Assembly: GCF_009914755.1 (NCBI RefSeq)
Contig: NC_060927.1
Origin: the human T2T-CHM13v2.0 reference genome, Homo sapiens
Strand: one strand, 5' to 3'
DNA length: 64,000 bases
Under the pieces are notes generated by a model that saw only the letters and a list, made by a program, of their open reading frames with translations, was not told the DNA's origin and did no database searches. Position numbers and translations under genes: made by a program. This document shows, piece by piece, positions 23,598 through 36,810 of the stretch; positions within the stretch are counted from its first letter, which is position 1, and every line of letters starts with the position of its first letter.

Positions 23598-24254
23598 GTA
23601 CTTTTCTTTTTCATTTAATCCATATCTGTAAAAGAGTACAAGTAATTAATTGGCTTATATGTAATTTGTAGCTCCTGGTTTTCCTCTAGGGTTGGTTAAA
23701 AATTTAGAATAAGTTCCTTAAGTGACTTCTAACACATTCAGCCATGTTAAAAGATATATATTTTTAAAAAAGTCATGCTTATAATTATGAATTGACATGC
23801 CTTTTATTTTGGTGTATTAAAATGAAAAGACCTGGTTATAGTTGATAAAAGTCCGTATTCTTTGAAATTTGTGATCCTATGAGCCTGTATCATATAGTTC
23901 AGTGAAATTGAATAAAAGAAATGACATTAAAATCAATATTAGTGAGCCACTTTGTGGAATATGTACAAACAAAATTTTGGCAAGAAATGAAAGAATATTG
24001 TGATAATGTGAAAATGAGATCATAGAATCATTTTTATGATTTTAAAACATAAGCTGAATAAAACATTTAAAATGTAGATTATTTCATTTAATTGTACTAA
24101 GATAAAACTCTGCTTCAGAAAAATATGAATTAAAATTCAATAAATAGTTATTGAGTATCTATAGTATAGAAGGCTGTGTACTGAGGATTGTATAACTACA
24201 GGTCTCTGCCATGTAAGAATTTATATGTCAGTATTAAATCACTAAGAATGATAA

Positions 24255-24465
24255 CTGCCATTATTGTGACCATTCTACATAAAGTTAATCTAGATACTTT
24301 AGTGTCTTTCACCTCATTCTCATCTCATAATAACTGAGGTAAGCCATATCATTTTGACGATGAGGAAATTGAAGTTTGAGGAGGTTAGATAACTTGCCCA
24401 AAGTTACATGATCACAAAATGATGAAGCTAGGATTTGCACCCAGGTCTGTGTCTCCAAAGCTTTA
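24255..24465 (-). mobile_element. MIR
   Basis: GATGAGGAAATTGAAG..GAGGTTAGATAACTTGCCCAAAGTTACA core. Confidence 0.85.
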
Positions 24466-24521
24466 AAACTGCTATTGCTATTTTATAGTATGTACTAGGG
24501 ATGAAATGATAGCTTAAAATA

Positions 24522-24735
24522 GGGTCAGCAAACTTTCTCTGTAAAGAGACAGATGGTAAATTTTTTAACTTTCAGGTCGTATAATCTCTTTTGCAGCTAC
24601 TCAGCTTTGCTGTTGTACAAAAGTAGCATGGGTAATATGTAAAGGAATGTCAGGGCCGTGTTCTGGTAAAACTTTATTTACAAAAACAGATGGTGGGTCA
24701 GATTTGTCCTGAGGGTGGCATTTTGCCAACCTCTG
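24522..24735. mobile_element. MER58A-like hAT MITE
   Basis: AGGGTCAGCAAACTTT ... TTTGCCAACCTCTG inverted termini. Confidence 0.85.
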
Positions 24736-25297
24736 GTTTAAAACAGTAAATGTTTCCCTGGTACAAATCTTGAGAAATATGAATTTAGGTGTGAGGGCAT
24801 ATTTAGGCCTTGTGTAACTGAGTTTTACACATGTAAAAATTAACATATGTATTAAACTATGTAAAAAAGTATATTTGTTTATCTTTGGAAACTCATGTAT
24901 TAAAAACCAAGGACTGAACTAAGAGCTGTTATGATTGTGAATAGATACACCTTAAAATATAACTCAGATCTTTTTTGTATTTTAATTCAGTTTAAAAACA
25001 GATAATTACGTTGCTGCTTCATGTCTCCCAATATAAATGTAGACATGTGACTTTTTTGGGCTTAAATCTTTGATTGTATATTGGCACATGTAGCCATGTA
25101 AGAGAAATGTGTTCCTTTGAAGTTTATTTTTTAATGGAGATTGAAAGAAGTCACAGGTGGATTTATAGAATCACTCTCCTGCTAATGTTTATAATACTCT
25201 GTTTAGAATGTACACTGTATTAACATATAGAGTGATAAGAGGCATTCACACTGCAATAAAATGGAAATAATAATAGCTTGGTGATTTGGGCCCTGGA

Positions 25298-25605
25298 TTT
25301 TTTTTTTTTTTTTGAGAGACAGTTTTGCTCTGTCACCTAGGCTAGAGTGCAGTGGCACCACCTTAACTCACTGAAGCCTCGACCTCCTGGGCCCAGGCTG
25401 TCATTCCACCTCAGCCTCCCAAGTAGCTAGGCCCACAGGCATGCACCACCACGTTTGGCTAATTAAAATATATATATATATGTATATGGAGACAGGGTCT
25501 CCATATGTTGTCCAGGTTAGACTTGAACTCCTGGGCTCAAGGGATTCTCCCACCTTGTCCTCCCAGATTGCTGGAATTACAGGAGTGAGCCAGCGTGCTC
25601 AGCCA
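25298..25605 (-). mobile_element. Alu (J-like)
   Basis: Antisense Alu; flanks GGATTTTTTT duplicated. Confidence 0.94.
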
Positions 25606-25816
25606 GGATTTTTTTTTTTTTAAAGCATTTTTATTAAGACAAGATGCCTGTCATACTTAAGGTCTGATTCTTTTCTTTAGTCTCTTTGTTGATTGATAGA
25701 ATTGAAAATAACGTTTTGGTTGGTCAAATGCAATTGGATTGGGTGTTTATTGATGAGTGTTTATTGGACTGTTATTTAGGATATGCCTCATTCTAAATGT
25801 TAGTTCTTATGCCTAG

Positions 25817-25934
25817 GATAATGTTGTCTGTCTGTCTCCAAAACTGGCACAAAGCCTGGGAAATATGAACCAGATTTGTGTGTGTATTCGAGTAACCAGT
25901 GCCATTCACCTCATTGATCCAAACACCCTACAAG
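25817..25934 (+). CDS. NMD3: NMD3 exon 10: DNVVCLSPKLAQSLGNMNQICVCIRVTSAIHLIDPNTLQ(V)
   Basis: CTAG| acceptor, AAG|GTAAAT donor, 118 nt. Confidence 0.97.
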
Positions 25935-26143
25935 GTAAATTCTGGAAATGATTTGCCTTGACAATTTTGTTTTGTATGACAAACAATAATAATTTGTGTT
26001 GTTAATTTTTCAAGCATTCTTGCTAATATTGTTTTGAAAGGTTAGTTAAAATTTGTGCTATTGTTTAATACAAAACATTGTGGAATTTGCAAGCTTTGAT
26101 TAGTTACTTTTGTATTTTTTATTTAAAGAAACAATTCTGTTAA

Positions 26144-26489
<346 letters not shown>

Positions 26490-27278
26490 TGAAATTGACT
26501 TATTTACCTCATTTAATTTTTGTGACTATTTACTTAAGTCCATTGCCAAAATTTGGTGTCTAGCAGTTATTTTAAATTTTGGAACATTTGGCTTTTTGTG
26601 GCCCATTGGAACATTTAGTTTGAATATGAATTTTAACCAATTTTGTTATTACTGTAGATCATTTTTTAACATTGTCTATAGAATAAATTATTTTTTAAGG
26701 AAGACCACATTTTGGTAGGTATCTTAGTATTTGGATGTATCTTCTGCTTGATCTTTTTCATGTATTTTCTGTAATATAAGTTTCCTTTATACAAAAAGTG
26801 AGTTTATTTTGATATTTTTCAAAGTCATTCATTATCTTTATCAGTTAGGATTCATAAGTTAAAGATCTGTTAGCAATATTGGGATGGACATTCTTTACCT
26901 ATCTGGTAGAACTAGGCTTTATTTCCCATAAACTAAGCAGCTAAGGTGACAGATACGTTTCTAAAATAAAGTGCCAGCACGTGAAACAGCTGTACCACTG
27001 ATTGGCTCTGATCTTACTTAAGAGGCACTTAGCCCTGTGGCATTCTGGTTATAGTAACTATTTAAGATATGTTTGACATCTGATATATTTTTCTTGTGCT
27101 TTGAGAAGTTTGGGATTGGTTTATAGGAGTAATTGATGACCCTAAGGAGTGAGTTGACACTAGTTCTGTTGACCTGCCACTTCCCAGTTGGTATCTACCA
27201 GTTTATTCTTAGTTAATACATTTGATAATTGAAATATATAATTTTTCTTATGTTTTTGTGTTCTATCCTTATTTTTAG

Positions 27279-27424
27279 TGGCAGATATTGATGGGAGCAC
27301 TTTCTGGAGTCACCCTTTCAATAGTTTATGTCATCCCAAACAGCTAGAGGAGTTTATTGTGATGGAATGCAGCATAGTCCAAGATATAAAACGTGCTGCA
27401 GGTGCTGGAATGATATCAAAAAAG
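27279..27424 (+). CDS. NMD3: NMD3 exon 11: (V)ADIDGSTFWSHPFNSLCHPKQLEEFIVMECSIVQDIKRAAGAGMISKK
   Basis: TTTTTAG| acceptor, AAG|GTAAGC donor, 146 nt; peptide inside ORF 27278..27538. Confidence 0.97.
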
Positions 27425-27861
27425 GTAAGCTACATCCTGCCTGCCAGTGTATTTTTTTTTCCCCTCAGTTATTATTGTTTCAGTCCCTCTTTTAAAAAAA
27501 ATTTGTTGGTGTTTCCACAGTATGGAATCCAAACTTAGCACCACATTAGGAAAAAAATTCTTTTTTTTTTTGTCTTTTTAATATGTGGTCATTGTGGAAA
27601 TTGTTAGACTTAGACTGTTAAGTTAATTTATTCTCTTTTGTGTAGGAAAAATCTTTTAAATGTTTATTCCATTATATTTAAAAAAGGCATTTCTTTGCTT
27701 TATTTTTATAGAGGAGGACCTTTATTTTTGTAGTGGTTATCTTGACTTTTAAAAAGTCATCACCAAATACTAAATACTTCAGTGTGCATCTCTCACACAC
27801 AGGAATATTTTTCTACATAATGAAAATGTTGTTACCATACCTATAAAACATACAGTCTACA

Positions 27862-28197
27862 CAGTATTCTGCTCTTATCCATGGGGATACATTCCAAGAC
27901 CCCCAGTGGATTTTTGAAACAACCCACAATAGTACCAAACTCTATGTGTATTGTTTTTTCCTATACATACATACCTATGATAGAGTTTAATTTATAAATT
28001 AGGCACAGTAAGAGATTAACAATAATTAATAATAAAATAGACCAATTATAATAATATACTGTAATAAAAGTTGTGTGAATGTAGTCTCTTTCTTAAAGTT
28101 ATCTAATTCTACTCCACCAACCTGTTTTTGGATAGCGATTAACTGTGGGCAGATGAAAACTTTGAAAGGGAAACTATGGATAAGGGGGGGATTACTG
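27862..28197. mobile_element. MER44A-like Tigger MITE nested in old L1MC fragments (~27750-29900)
   Basis: TIRs CAGTATTCTGCTCTTATCC ... GGATAAGGGGGGATTACTG. Confidence 0.8.
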
Positions 28198-28914
28198 TGT
28201 TCAGATTTCCTCATTTGTCCCAAAAGTGTCTTTTATGCCTTGTTCAAACAGGTATTCAATTGGAGACCACTCATTAAATGGGAATATTATACCTTTTTAG
28301 TCTTTTATTTAATAATAGTCCCCTTCTTTTTTCTTTTATTGGTTATGATACCAACTTCCTTAGACAACTAGTGCATTTATCTTGTAGAATACTCCACCTT
28401 CTAAATCTATCTAATTGTTTCCTCATGATGCCATTTAACTAGCTTCTTAATTCATTGTGTTTCCTCTAAACTGGAAAGTTGATCTAAAGGTTTGGTTACA
28501 TTTAGGTTAAATTTTTCTTGCCAGAATATTTCAGAGATGATGCCATGTACTTTTTATTATATCAAGAGACAAGTAATGTCTGACTGTTTCACTTGTTAAC
28601 ATAGTGATAGTCAGATTCCTCCATTGTAATGTTATGATTTTTTTTCCTTCTGACCAGCAAGCAATCTGTGGCTTAATACTATAATAATATGCAAGTACTG
28701 AGTTCCTGTTACCTCTTTTTTTTTCTGGCTTTAGCATCTGTTGATAATTCTTGCCCATAAATTAATTATTTTATTCAGGGTTACAAAATGGTGAATTTTC
28801 TATTTCTATTCTACATTTACTAGCTGTCATTCTTAAAGAAGAGCTTTTCATTATTAACTAGGGGTTATGTAGCTTTCCTGAAATGCTCGCCTGCATACAT
28901 TCTTTTAATTAATT

Positions 28915-29199
28915 AATTTTAGACATGATCTTGCCGTGTTGTTTGGGCTGGAGTGCGGTATGGCTTCATAGCTCACTGCAGCCTCAAACTCCTGGGCTCA
29001 AATGATCCTCCTGCCTCAGCCTCCTGAGTAGCTGGGACCACAAGTATGTGCCACCATGCCCAGCTAATTTTTTAATTTCTTTGTAGAGATGGGGTCTCCA
29101 TGTTACTCAGGCTGGTCTTGAACTCCTGAGCTCAAGCAATCCTCCTGCCTTGGCCTCCCAAAGTGTTGGGATTACAGGCGTGAGCCACCTCCCCTGGCC
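28915..29199 (-). mobile_element. Alu (J-like)
   Basis: Antisense Alu body. Confidence 0.93.
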
Positions 29200-29409
29200 T
29201 ATGCATAAATTATTAATTCTTTTAGCAAATATTTTTAGAGTAAAGAGTTGATCTAGGAATCATTTCCAGTGGTGAAAATTAGCTTACATGTACAGGTGGT
29301 GTCTCTCTTTGTGATTATCATTGTGATCTCCTGAAGTATAAGTATTGTATCATTTACTGTATTTTCTTTTGTTTTCTTCTTCTCTCCTCCTCTCCCTTCA
29401 TTTCTTTTC

Positions 29410-29657
29410 CTTTTTTTTTTTTTTTTTAAAGAGACAAGGTCTCACTCTGTCTCTCAGAGCTGGAGTTCAATGGTATGATCATAGGTCACTGGAACCTTGA
29501 GGTTGTGTGCTCCAGTGATCTTACCACCTCAGCATGCTGCCACACCTGTCTCATTTCTATTTTTTAATTTTTTGTAGAGTCAATCTCACTGTTTTTTCAG
29601 GCTTGTCTCAAACGATCCTACTGCCTCCCTTATAGGAATGAGCATGAGCGCCTGCCC
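29410..29657 (-). mobile_element. Degenerate Alu (J-like)
   Basis: Poly-T plus GAGACAAGGTCTCACTCTG, with multiple deletions. Confidence 0.8.
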
Positions 29658-31105
29658 TTTCTTTTTTTTGAAATCCTCATATTGCCCTAAATTTATTCAA
29701 TGGGAGCCCCTTCAGAATGGTTCCTATGTTGTTTTGACGTGACTCTCCTGGTCTTTGAAAGCATCCTTGATTTCTGGTGCAACACAGCATTCAGGTGTTC
29801 CAGAATCACATGTATAGTTTATAACCCATATCTGAAATCAAATGTTTCTTCAAAGATGAAAGTCTGGCTTCTTTTACTGTGAAATAGTATCTAGAGACTC
29901 CCAGGGTACCCTTGTGTGTGTGTGTGTGTGTGCGTGCTAATAATGCTTCTTGAGACAAAAATAACTTGTGATAATTTGGGAAAAATTAATGGAAATGGAA
30001 GACAGATGACATTCTACATTTTATTTATAAATTAAGGTAATGTACTTAGGGCAAACTTTTCATTTATAATAAATGTAGAGTATCATTTCCCTTCAGGCAG
30101 ATATAAAACCAGATACTGTATTTTCTTGGTTTTTAAAAAATAGCTAGAAGAGGTTAATAAATTTCTTACAAGCAGAAGTCTAATAGCTAGAAAGTAAATC
30201 CTGTTAAATAAAATGTAGTCTCCCTGTTAATTGACTTTTCTTTTGCAGTTCTTAAGTTTGAGACTTGTCTTTTATTTCAGTTTCTCCTTCTGCTCTATTT
30301 CTTTTCATTTTTTTCATTTCTTTTTCTTTGACCAACTGCAATAAGAAACACTTGATTCTTTTCATAACTTTATTTTGAGATTCCTTAATTTTATTTATAA
30401 CTCTTAGTATTTTTCTCTCGATCTCACTTCAGTTGGTCTGTCTTTGTTGTTAAAGGTGTTGGCATGTTAGAAAGGGAATTAATAGTTTTCTAGTTTAAAA
30501 ATTGGGATGTTGTTTCTGCTATATATATATTATATATAGCAGATGTACTATATTATATATAGCAGATGTAGAGAATGATTGTAGTCTACACTAGTAGATA
30601 CTTTAAAAATTAATTTGATAAAGATTTGGCCTCTCTAGTGGTTTACTACCAGGATTTCTAGGCTGTTTTGTCTGGACCCTGATTTTCTGAACCCTTGTGT
30701 CAAGCAAGAGTTTGCTTGGAATACGTTCTTGCTTTAAGATTCCCCTACCTTTTCAGTTATTTTGTTCACTCTGCCTATGTTGGCCCATCTTCCTGTGAAA
30801 ACATTTCTTTTGAAAATTCTACATATATATATTTTTAGGGACATTATTAATGTTTTATAAAAGTCTTGAATAAAATCTTAGAAAAAGTCAATGATTTATT
30901 TTTATGAATTGTTTGTGAGTCTTTCTATACTCATGATTCAGTAATTTGTTAATTTTGACAGTGTTTCATACATCAGAAAAATACAAAAAATTTTCTGTCT
31001 TTAAAAATTAGAAAACCAAAAATCAATATTGTATTTAACTTTTCTCTGAGATGCTTTTAGAGTTATGTTTAGATTATTGAAGAGTACATTTTCTTTCCTC
31101 TTAAG

Positions 31106-31218
31106 CATACCCTCGGGGAAGTCTGGGTACAGAAGACATCTGAAATGAATACAGATAAACAGTATTTTTGTCGTACTCATTTGGGACATCTTCTAAATCC
31201 CGGAGACCTGGTGTTAGG
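31106..31218 (+). CDS. NMD3: NMD3 exon 12: HTLGEVWVQKTSEMNTDKQYFCRTHLGHLLNPGDLVL(G)
   Basis: TAAG| acceptor, weak GG|GTTTGT donor, 113 nt; RTHLGxLLxPGD motif. Confidence 0.96.
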
Positions 31219-32027
31219 GTTTGTATTATTTCATATTTTAAACTGCCAATTAGGATTGCAAATTTTCTTTGGGAACCAGCAAAACTACCTAAAAATACTA
31301 ACATTGTTTATTCTAAAAAGATCGAAGGGTTCTTAGGAGCCTTATAACTCATTTTATTGTTGATAACTAAATTAAACTGGGTTGGACAGAAGCCCATAGT
31401 TACTCCATTTTGGTTATAATCTTAAAGAGTAATTTGTTGTAAGATTTTGTTAATTGAGCCTTGAAGTTATATGGTTGTATCCATATTTAGAACTGCTTTT
31501 GCAGATTGGGTCTTTTTTATTGTGCAGTTGCTACTGCTCAGATAACTCACTTTTAAGATATGACAACTATATATATACAAAGGGCTTGTAAAGGCATAGA
31601 TCAGTTCTTTCTGAATCAGAGTTTTTCAGTGAGTGTGTGATTAAACCCTCAAATATTGCTTTTGCTTTTAGGATTTCAGTTTCTTTTACTACAGAATGAG
31701 GTGTTTTTTTTTTGTTTGTTTGTTTAAAATAAACTAGAAGGAAGCAACTAATTGAATTCTAAAGTTGGACTGATATGTAAGTCTGTTTTGCTTTTACAAA
31801 TGTATGGCAAGGTGGACAATAATTGATTATAAGTGAAACTCAGAGTTCCTTATTGTCTTTACCAGCATCTACAGAAGCATGTTCATTGTGTAATAAATGA
31901 CAGAACTTTTAAAGTGAGAAGCATATTAAATGTTTGATTTTTAGGAAGTTTTAGGTGATAGCCATAAAATAAAAAGTTACACACAAAGGGTAAATGGTCA
32001 CTAAGTTTTTCATTGTTTACATTTCAG

Positions 32028-32100
32028 GTTTGATTTGGCCAACTGTAACTTAAATGATGAGCATGTCAACAAAATGAACTCAGATAGAGTTCCAGATGTG
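32028..32100 (+). CDS. NMD3: NMD3 exon 13: (G)FDLANCNLNDEHVNKMNSDRVPDV
   Basis: TTCAG| acceptor, GTG|GTAAGG donor, 73 nt. Confidence 0.97.
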
Positions 32101-32244
32101 GTAAGGCTTTAGATTTTTCCCTTTTTTCCTGTGTTAAAGAGGATGAATGTAACTCTTAGGGGTAAGAGGTAGGAGTTCACACTTTTGAAAATAACAAATC
32201 AATTTAGAGATTTCTGAAACTGCAGATAAGGTATAATAGCAAAA

Positions 32245-32865
<621 letters not shown>

Positions 32866-32977
32866 TAATTTTTCTTGGTGGGGTAAATCCAAGATTTATT
32901 GTGATTGTTCCTTTTCTAATCACATTTTCATTCTCGATCAAAATACCTGATATTATCTGTAGAGCAAAAATAAATTT

Positions 32978-33301
<324 letters not shown>

Positions 33302-34223
33302 TTAGCATTTTTTCAGGTTCATTTTTATTAGGCTCACTTCGTTTCACATACATTGTTCAGTTAAGAAGGCATTTAGAGTTAAGGCTGTTATTCAAAGCTG
33401 AATAAAATATCCGTGAAAAATAATCTTCACAGTATCAAGCCTTGGAAAAAAACTATTAATTCTGAAAAATCTGTTAAGTTCTAACATGATGAGGTTAAGA
33501 ATCATGAGAAACTGAATGAAATTAGTGTGAAAGACCCTGTCTTCTATACTTGCTTAATCTTTTAGAATAAACATTGATTTCTTTAGCAGTGAGCAAAAAA
33601 AGTAGAGCCATGACAAATCAAGGACTCCGACCACCTGCCCAGTTGTACTTTTATTAGTTGATAAATTAGGAATTAACAGCGTGGTTGGAGTGTAAGTCTA
33701 AATAGGTATTTCTAACAAGGTCATAAGAGGAGATCATGGCAATCTTACAATATTTTGTATTTTGTAAAATTATTTTCATTCTATAATTTATTAAACAAGC
33801 GTTCTAAGATACATTGTTGTGAAAGTTATATATAGTTCTGTAAATGCTTATTGGTGGGTATAAGAGAAAAAAAGTATCTACTTGTGATATTCAGAATGAT
33901 TTATATGAATGGTAGCTGAAAACTGAAGTTTGAGTTAAAAGAAAACTACAGTTTTTGTTATTAAGAAAAACAGTATTCAGTCACTGAAAAATTTTAGCAA
34001 ATTTTAACAATTGTACAAATAATGCTTGAATCCATTCTCATAAAAAGTTAAATACATGGAGAAAAATTTTAAAAGTCCTCTTGACACTGTCTCTCCATCC
34101 CTTCTCCTTTCTCCTGAGGTGTAACCAGTGTCATTAGTTTGGTCATTTTTTAGCTTTATTGAATTTTGTGGCCTCACTGTATAGTTCCCATTCTTTGTAA
34201 CTTTACAAATATTTATCTTGCAG

Positions 34224-34330
34224 GTATTAATCAAGAAGAGCTATGACCGGACCAAACGTCAGCGTCGTAGAAACTGGAAATTGAAAGAGCTTGCAAGAGA
34301 GAGAGAAAACATGGATACAGATGATGAAAG
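34224..34330 (+). CDS. NMD3: NMD3 exon 14: VLIKKSYDRTKRQRRRNWKLKELARERENMDTDDE(R); basic NLS
   Basis: GCAG| acceptor, non-consensus AG|GTCTCG donor, 107 nt; basic cluster corresponds to the described NMD3 NLS. Confidence 0.96.
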
Positions 34331-35025
34331 GTCTCGCTTTTCTTTAAATCTCTTATGTTGTCTCAAAGGAAATATTTATGATAAATACTTTTTATGTTGT
34401 AAAGAAATAGGCATCACACAATTGATCCTTGCACTCAATTATAATCTTGGATTCTTATCAAGGTATTAATGGAATCAGTATAAGATGATGTAAAGACATT
34501 TAACACAGATTTAGTAATTATTTCCTGGTTTATGACCTAATAATTGTAGTGTTAATGTAAACAATTCATTTGAAAAGTTAAAATATAATCATACTTTGCT
34601 TAACAATGGGCATACCTTCTGAGAAATGCATCATTAGGTGATTTTGTTGTGTGAGCATCATAGAATATGTGGCACATGACTTTATAATAAATAATTACAT
34701 TATGAATATCACAAATAGCAGATGAGTACTTATGGCTTGAGATAAAAAGGAAACAGCTCATTGATGCCAAGTGTGTTATTCCTCAAATAATTTAAGCAGA
34801 AATGAAGACAGTGTTCTAAAACAGTTTATTGGATGATTCAAAAAGTGGCTTTAATGATGGTGAAGACACCGATGTCTAAAAAAACTGAGAGTTTATATAA
34901 AATTGTTTCATGAAATGTGAGTTGGAAACAGCAGTATGTCTACATAGTCCTTAAAATGAAAGTCCTTAAATGAAGAAAATATAACTATATTTTTGGTGAT
35001 GAAATATTTAAATGTTTATTTAAAG

Positions 35026-35096
35026 GCAATACCAAGATTTTCTTGAAGATCTTGAAGAAGATGAGGCAATTCGAAAAAATGTCAACATTTACAGAG
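35026..35096 (+). CDS. NMD3: NMD3 exon 15: (R)QYQDFLEDLEEDEAIRKNVNIYR(D)
   Basis: TAAAG| acceptor, GAG|GTTGGT donor, 71 nt. Confidence 0.96.
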
Positions 35097-35549
35097 GTTG
35101 GTGTTCTAGGAGTGTTTAAGTCATTTGTTCTGTATATAAGTATAGTTCCTAGTATGAATATTTTGGTATCTTAAGCTTTGATTCTCATAAATGTCTTTAA
35201 TTGTTTTTTCAACTACTCTAGTCACACTTCTACAAAAAAACTTGCAAAACAATAAATAAAACTTAACAAAATACTGTTTTGTATATTACAGTTAGTATTA
35301 TTTGCATTCTAGCTTGATCCCTTAAGTTGCTCACTCCTATAGTGGTGGAAGTATATTCTTACAGTTACTCAGTTCATTTGTTCAGTGAATGTAATTTGAA
35401 TGACTGCTGTAAGAGACAAGAGCTTCTGATACAATGTAGTTACATAATAATAATGATAAGGTAGATATTTGTATATTTTCAAATATATTTAATACTTTGT
35501 ATACATATAAATACTTTGTATTTATTTTATTCTCTTTGTATTTTTTTAG

Positions 35550-35680
35550 ATTCAGCCATCCCTGTGGAAAGTGACACCGATGATGAAGGAGCACCTCGAA
35601 TTAGTCTGGCTGAGATGCTTGAAGACCTTCATATTTCCCAAGATGCCACTGGTGAAGAAGGTGCATCAATGCTGACATAA
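35550..35680 (+). CDS. NMD3: NMD3 exon 16 coding part: (D)SAIPVESDTDDEGAPRISLAEMLEDLHISQDATGEEGASMLT*; Leu-rich NES
   Basis: TTTTTTTAG| acceptor; TAA at 35678-35680 followed by TGA; summed CDS 1512 nt = 503 aa; LAEMLEDLHI fits the CRM1 NES pattern. Confidence 0.97.
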
Positions 35681-36780
35681 TGAGATGTTGTAGACTGTTT
35701 CCATACATGGGCTTAAGAAGTTGGACAGAGTTACCTTAAGTGTCTCTACTATCTTTGCCTCCAGATTTCAAGAGGAGAAATTTAGTTTTAAACCTGAATA
35801 AACATGTTTGTTTTCAGTGCTCACTCAAACCACTAAAACAGATGGATAGCTTTGAGGTTTTAGATAAGGAAAGATTATGGAGAATGTAGTTGTTATTGAT
35901 TTTTGGCAATTTTACATTTGGAATTTTATCACTGTGCTTTTTTATATGAGGCACTGTAGTATTTTCACATAGTATAGTACTCTGGATGTAAAAGCTCAAA
36001 AATTGTGATTCCTTGAACGTTCACTAAATCTTCAAGCAAAAACACATTTTTACATTATTTTTACGTTGATTATTTTAGTGAAAGACCATATGAAGAAGCA
36101 TTTTTAATATTAACTTGTTACATACTTTGATCCACTTTACATCATTTTTATGTTGTTGAGGTAGGGAAATTAGGGTTCAGTTTATCACTGGACATTCAGG
36201 AGGCAAGTCAATCTTTTTTATTTCCTTATAAAATTAACTCTTCAAAAGCCGTTAAACAGAGAGTTATCTTAATTTTTATTGCAGTAGGAGGAAATATATT
36301 TAAAATATTTGTAGATTTATAGCAAATAGAGACTCGTTATTTAAAGGTTAAATAACAATTTGTTCTTTTGTTGTTTTTGCCAGTTTAGGGCAGTAGCTGC
36401 TTTTGTCATAAATATCTTCCTACCACATCAAAAATGCTGCTTTTAAAATTTTTGTTTATAAATTGAGAAGGAATTTTCTCTCTATAAGTTTCTGTCATTG
36501 AACAGATCACCATTAAAAAGAATATTAGAATCCAGCATGAAGATAATGGCTAATAAAAATGAGGTACATACTTTATAAAACCATTAATCAGATTTGAATG
36601 AGGAATGCTTCCCACATCCTTGAAAGAAAAACTGTGGCTTACGTTTTGAAGTATTCTGAGAATGAAGTATTAAGATCCAATTTCTATAAGCAAGATCAGA
36701 CTTGTTAAGTATGCCGCAAGTAAGAGCTAATTCATTCATTCCATGTGTGCCACTAAATAAAGAGATTGAGCAAGTGCCAC
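35681..36780 (+). other. NMD3: NMD3 3' UTR (~1.1 kb, AU-rich)
   Basis: No recognisable repeats between the stop and AATAAA at 36756-36761; GU/U-rich element downstream. Confidence 0.8.
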
Positions 36781-36810
36781 TGTGTGGAACATTTTTCTTT
36801 TTTTTAATAT
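36756..36810 (+). terminator. NMD3: Probable main polyadenylation signal
   Basis: AATAAA 36756-36761, CA near 36778, then TGTGTG and a T-rich tract: canonical PAS plus downstream element. Confidence 0.75.

Noticed and set aside
34331-35025. Unusual donors (GTCTCG here, GTTTGT in intron 12) as possible U12-type introns
   Set aside because: They lack the RTATCCTT 5' consensus and I saw no TCCTTAAC branch site; treated as weak U2 introns.
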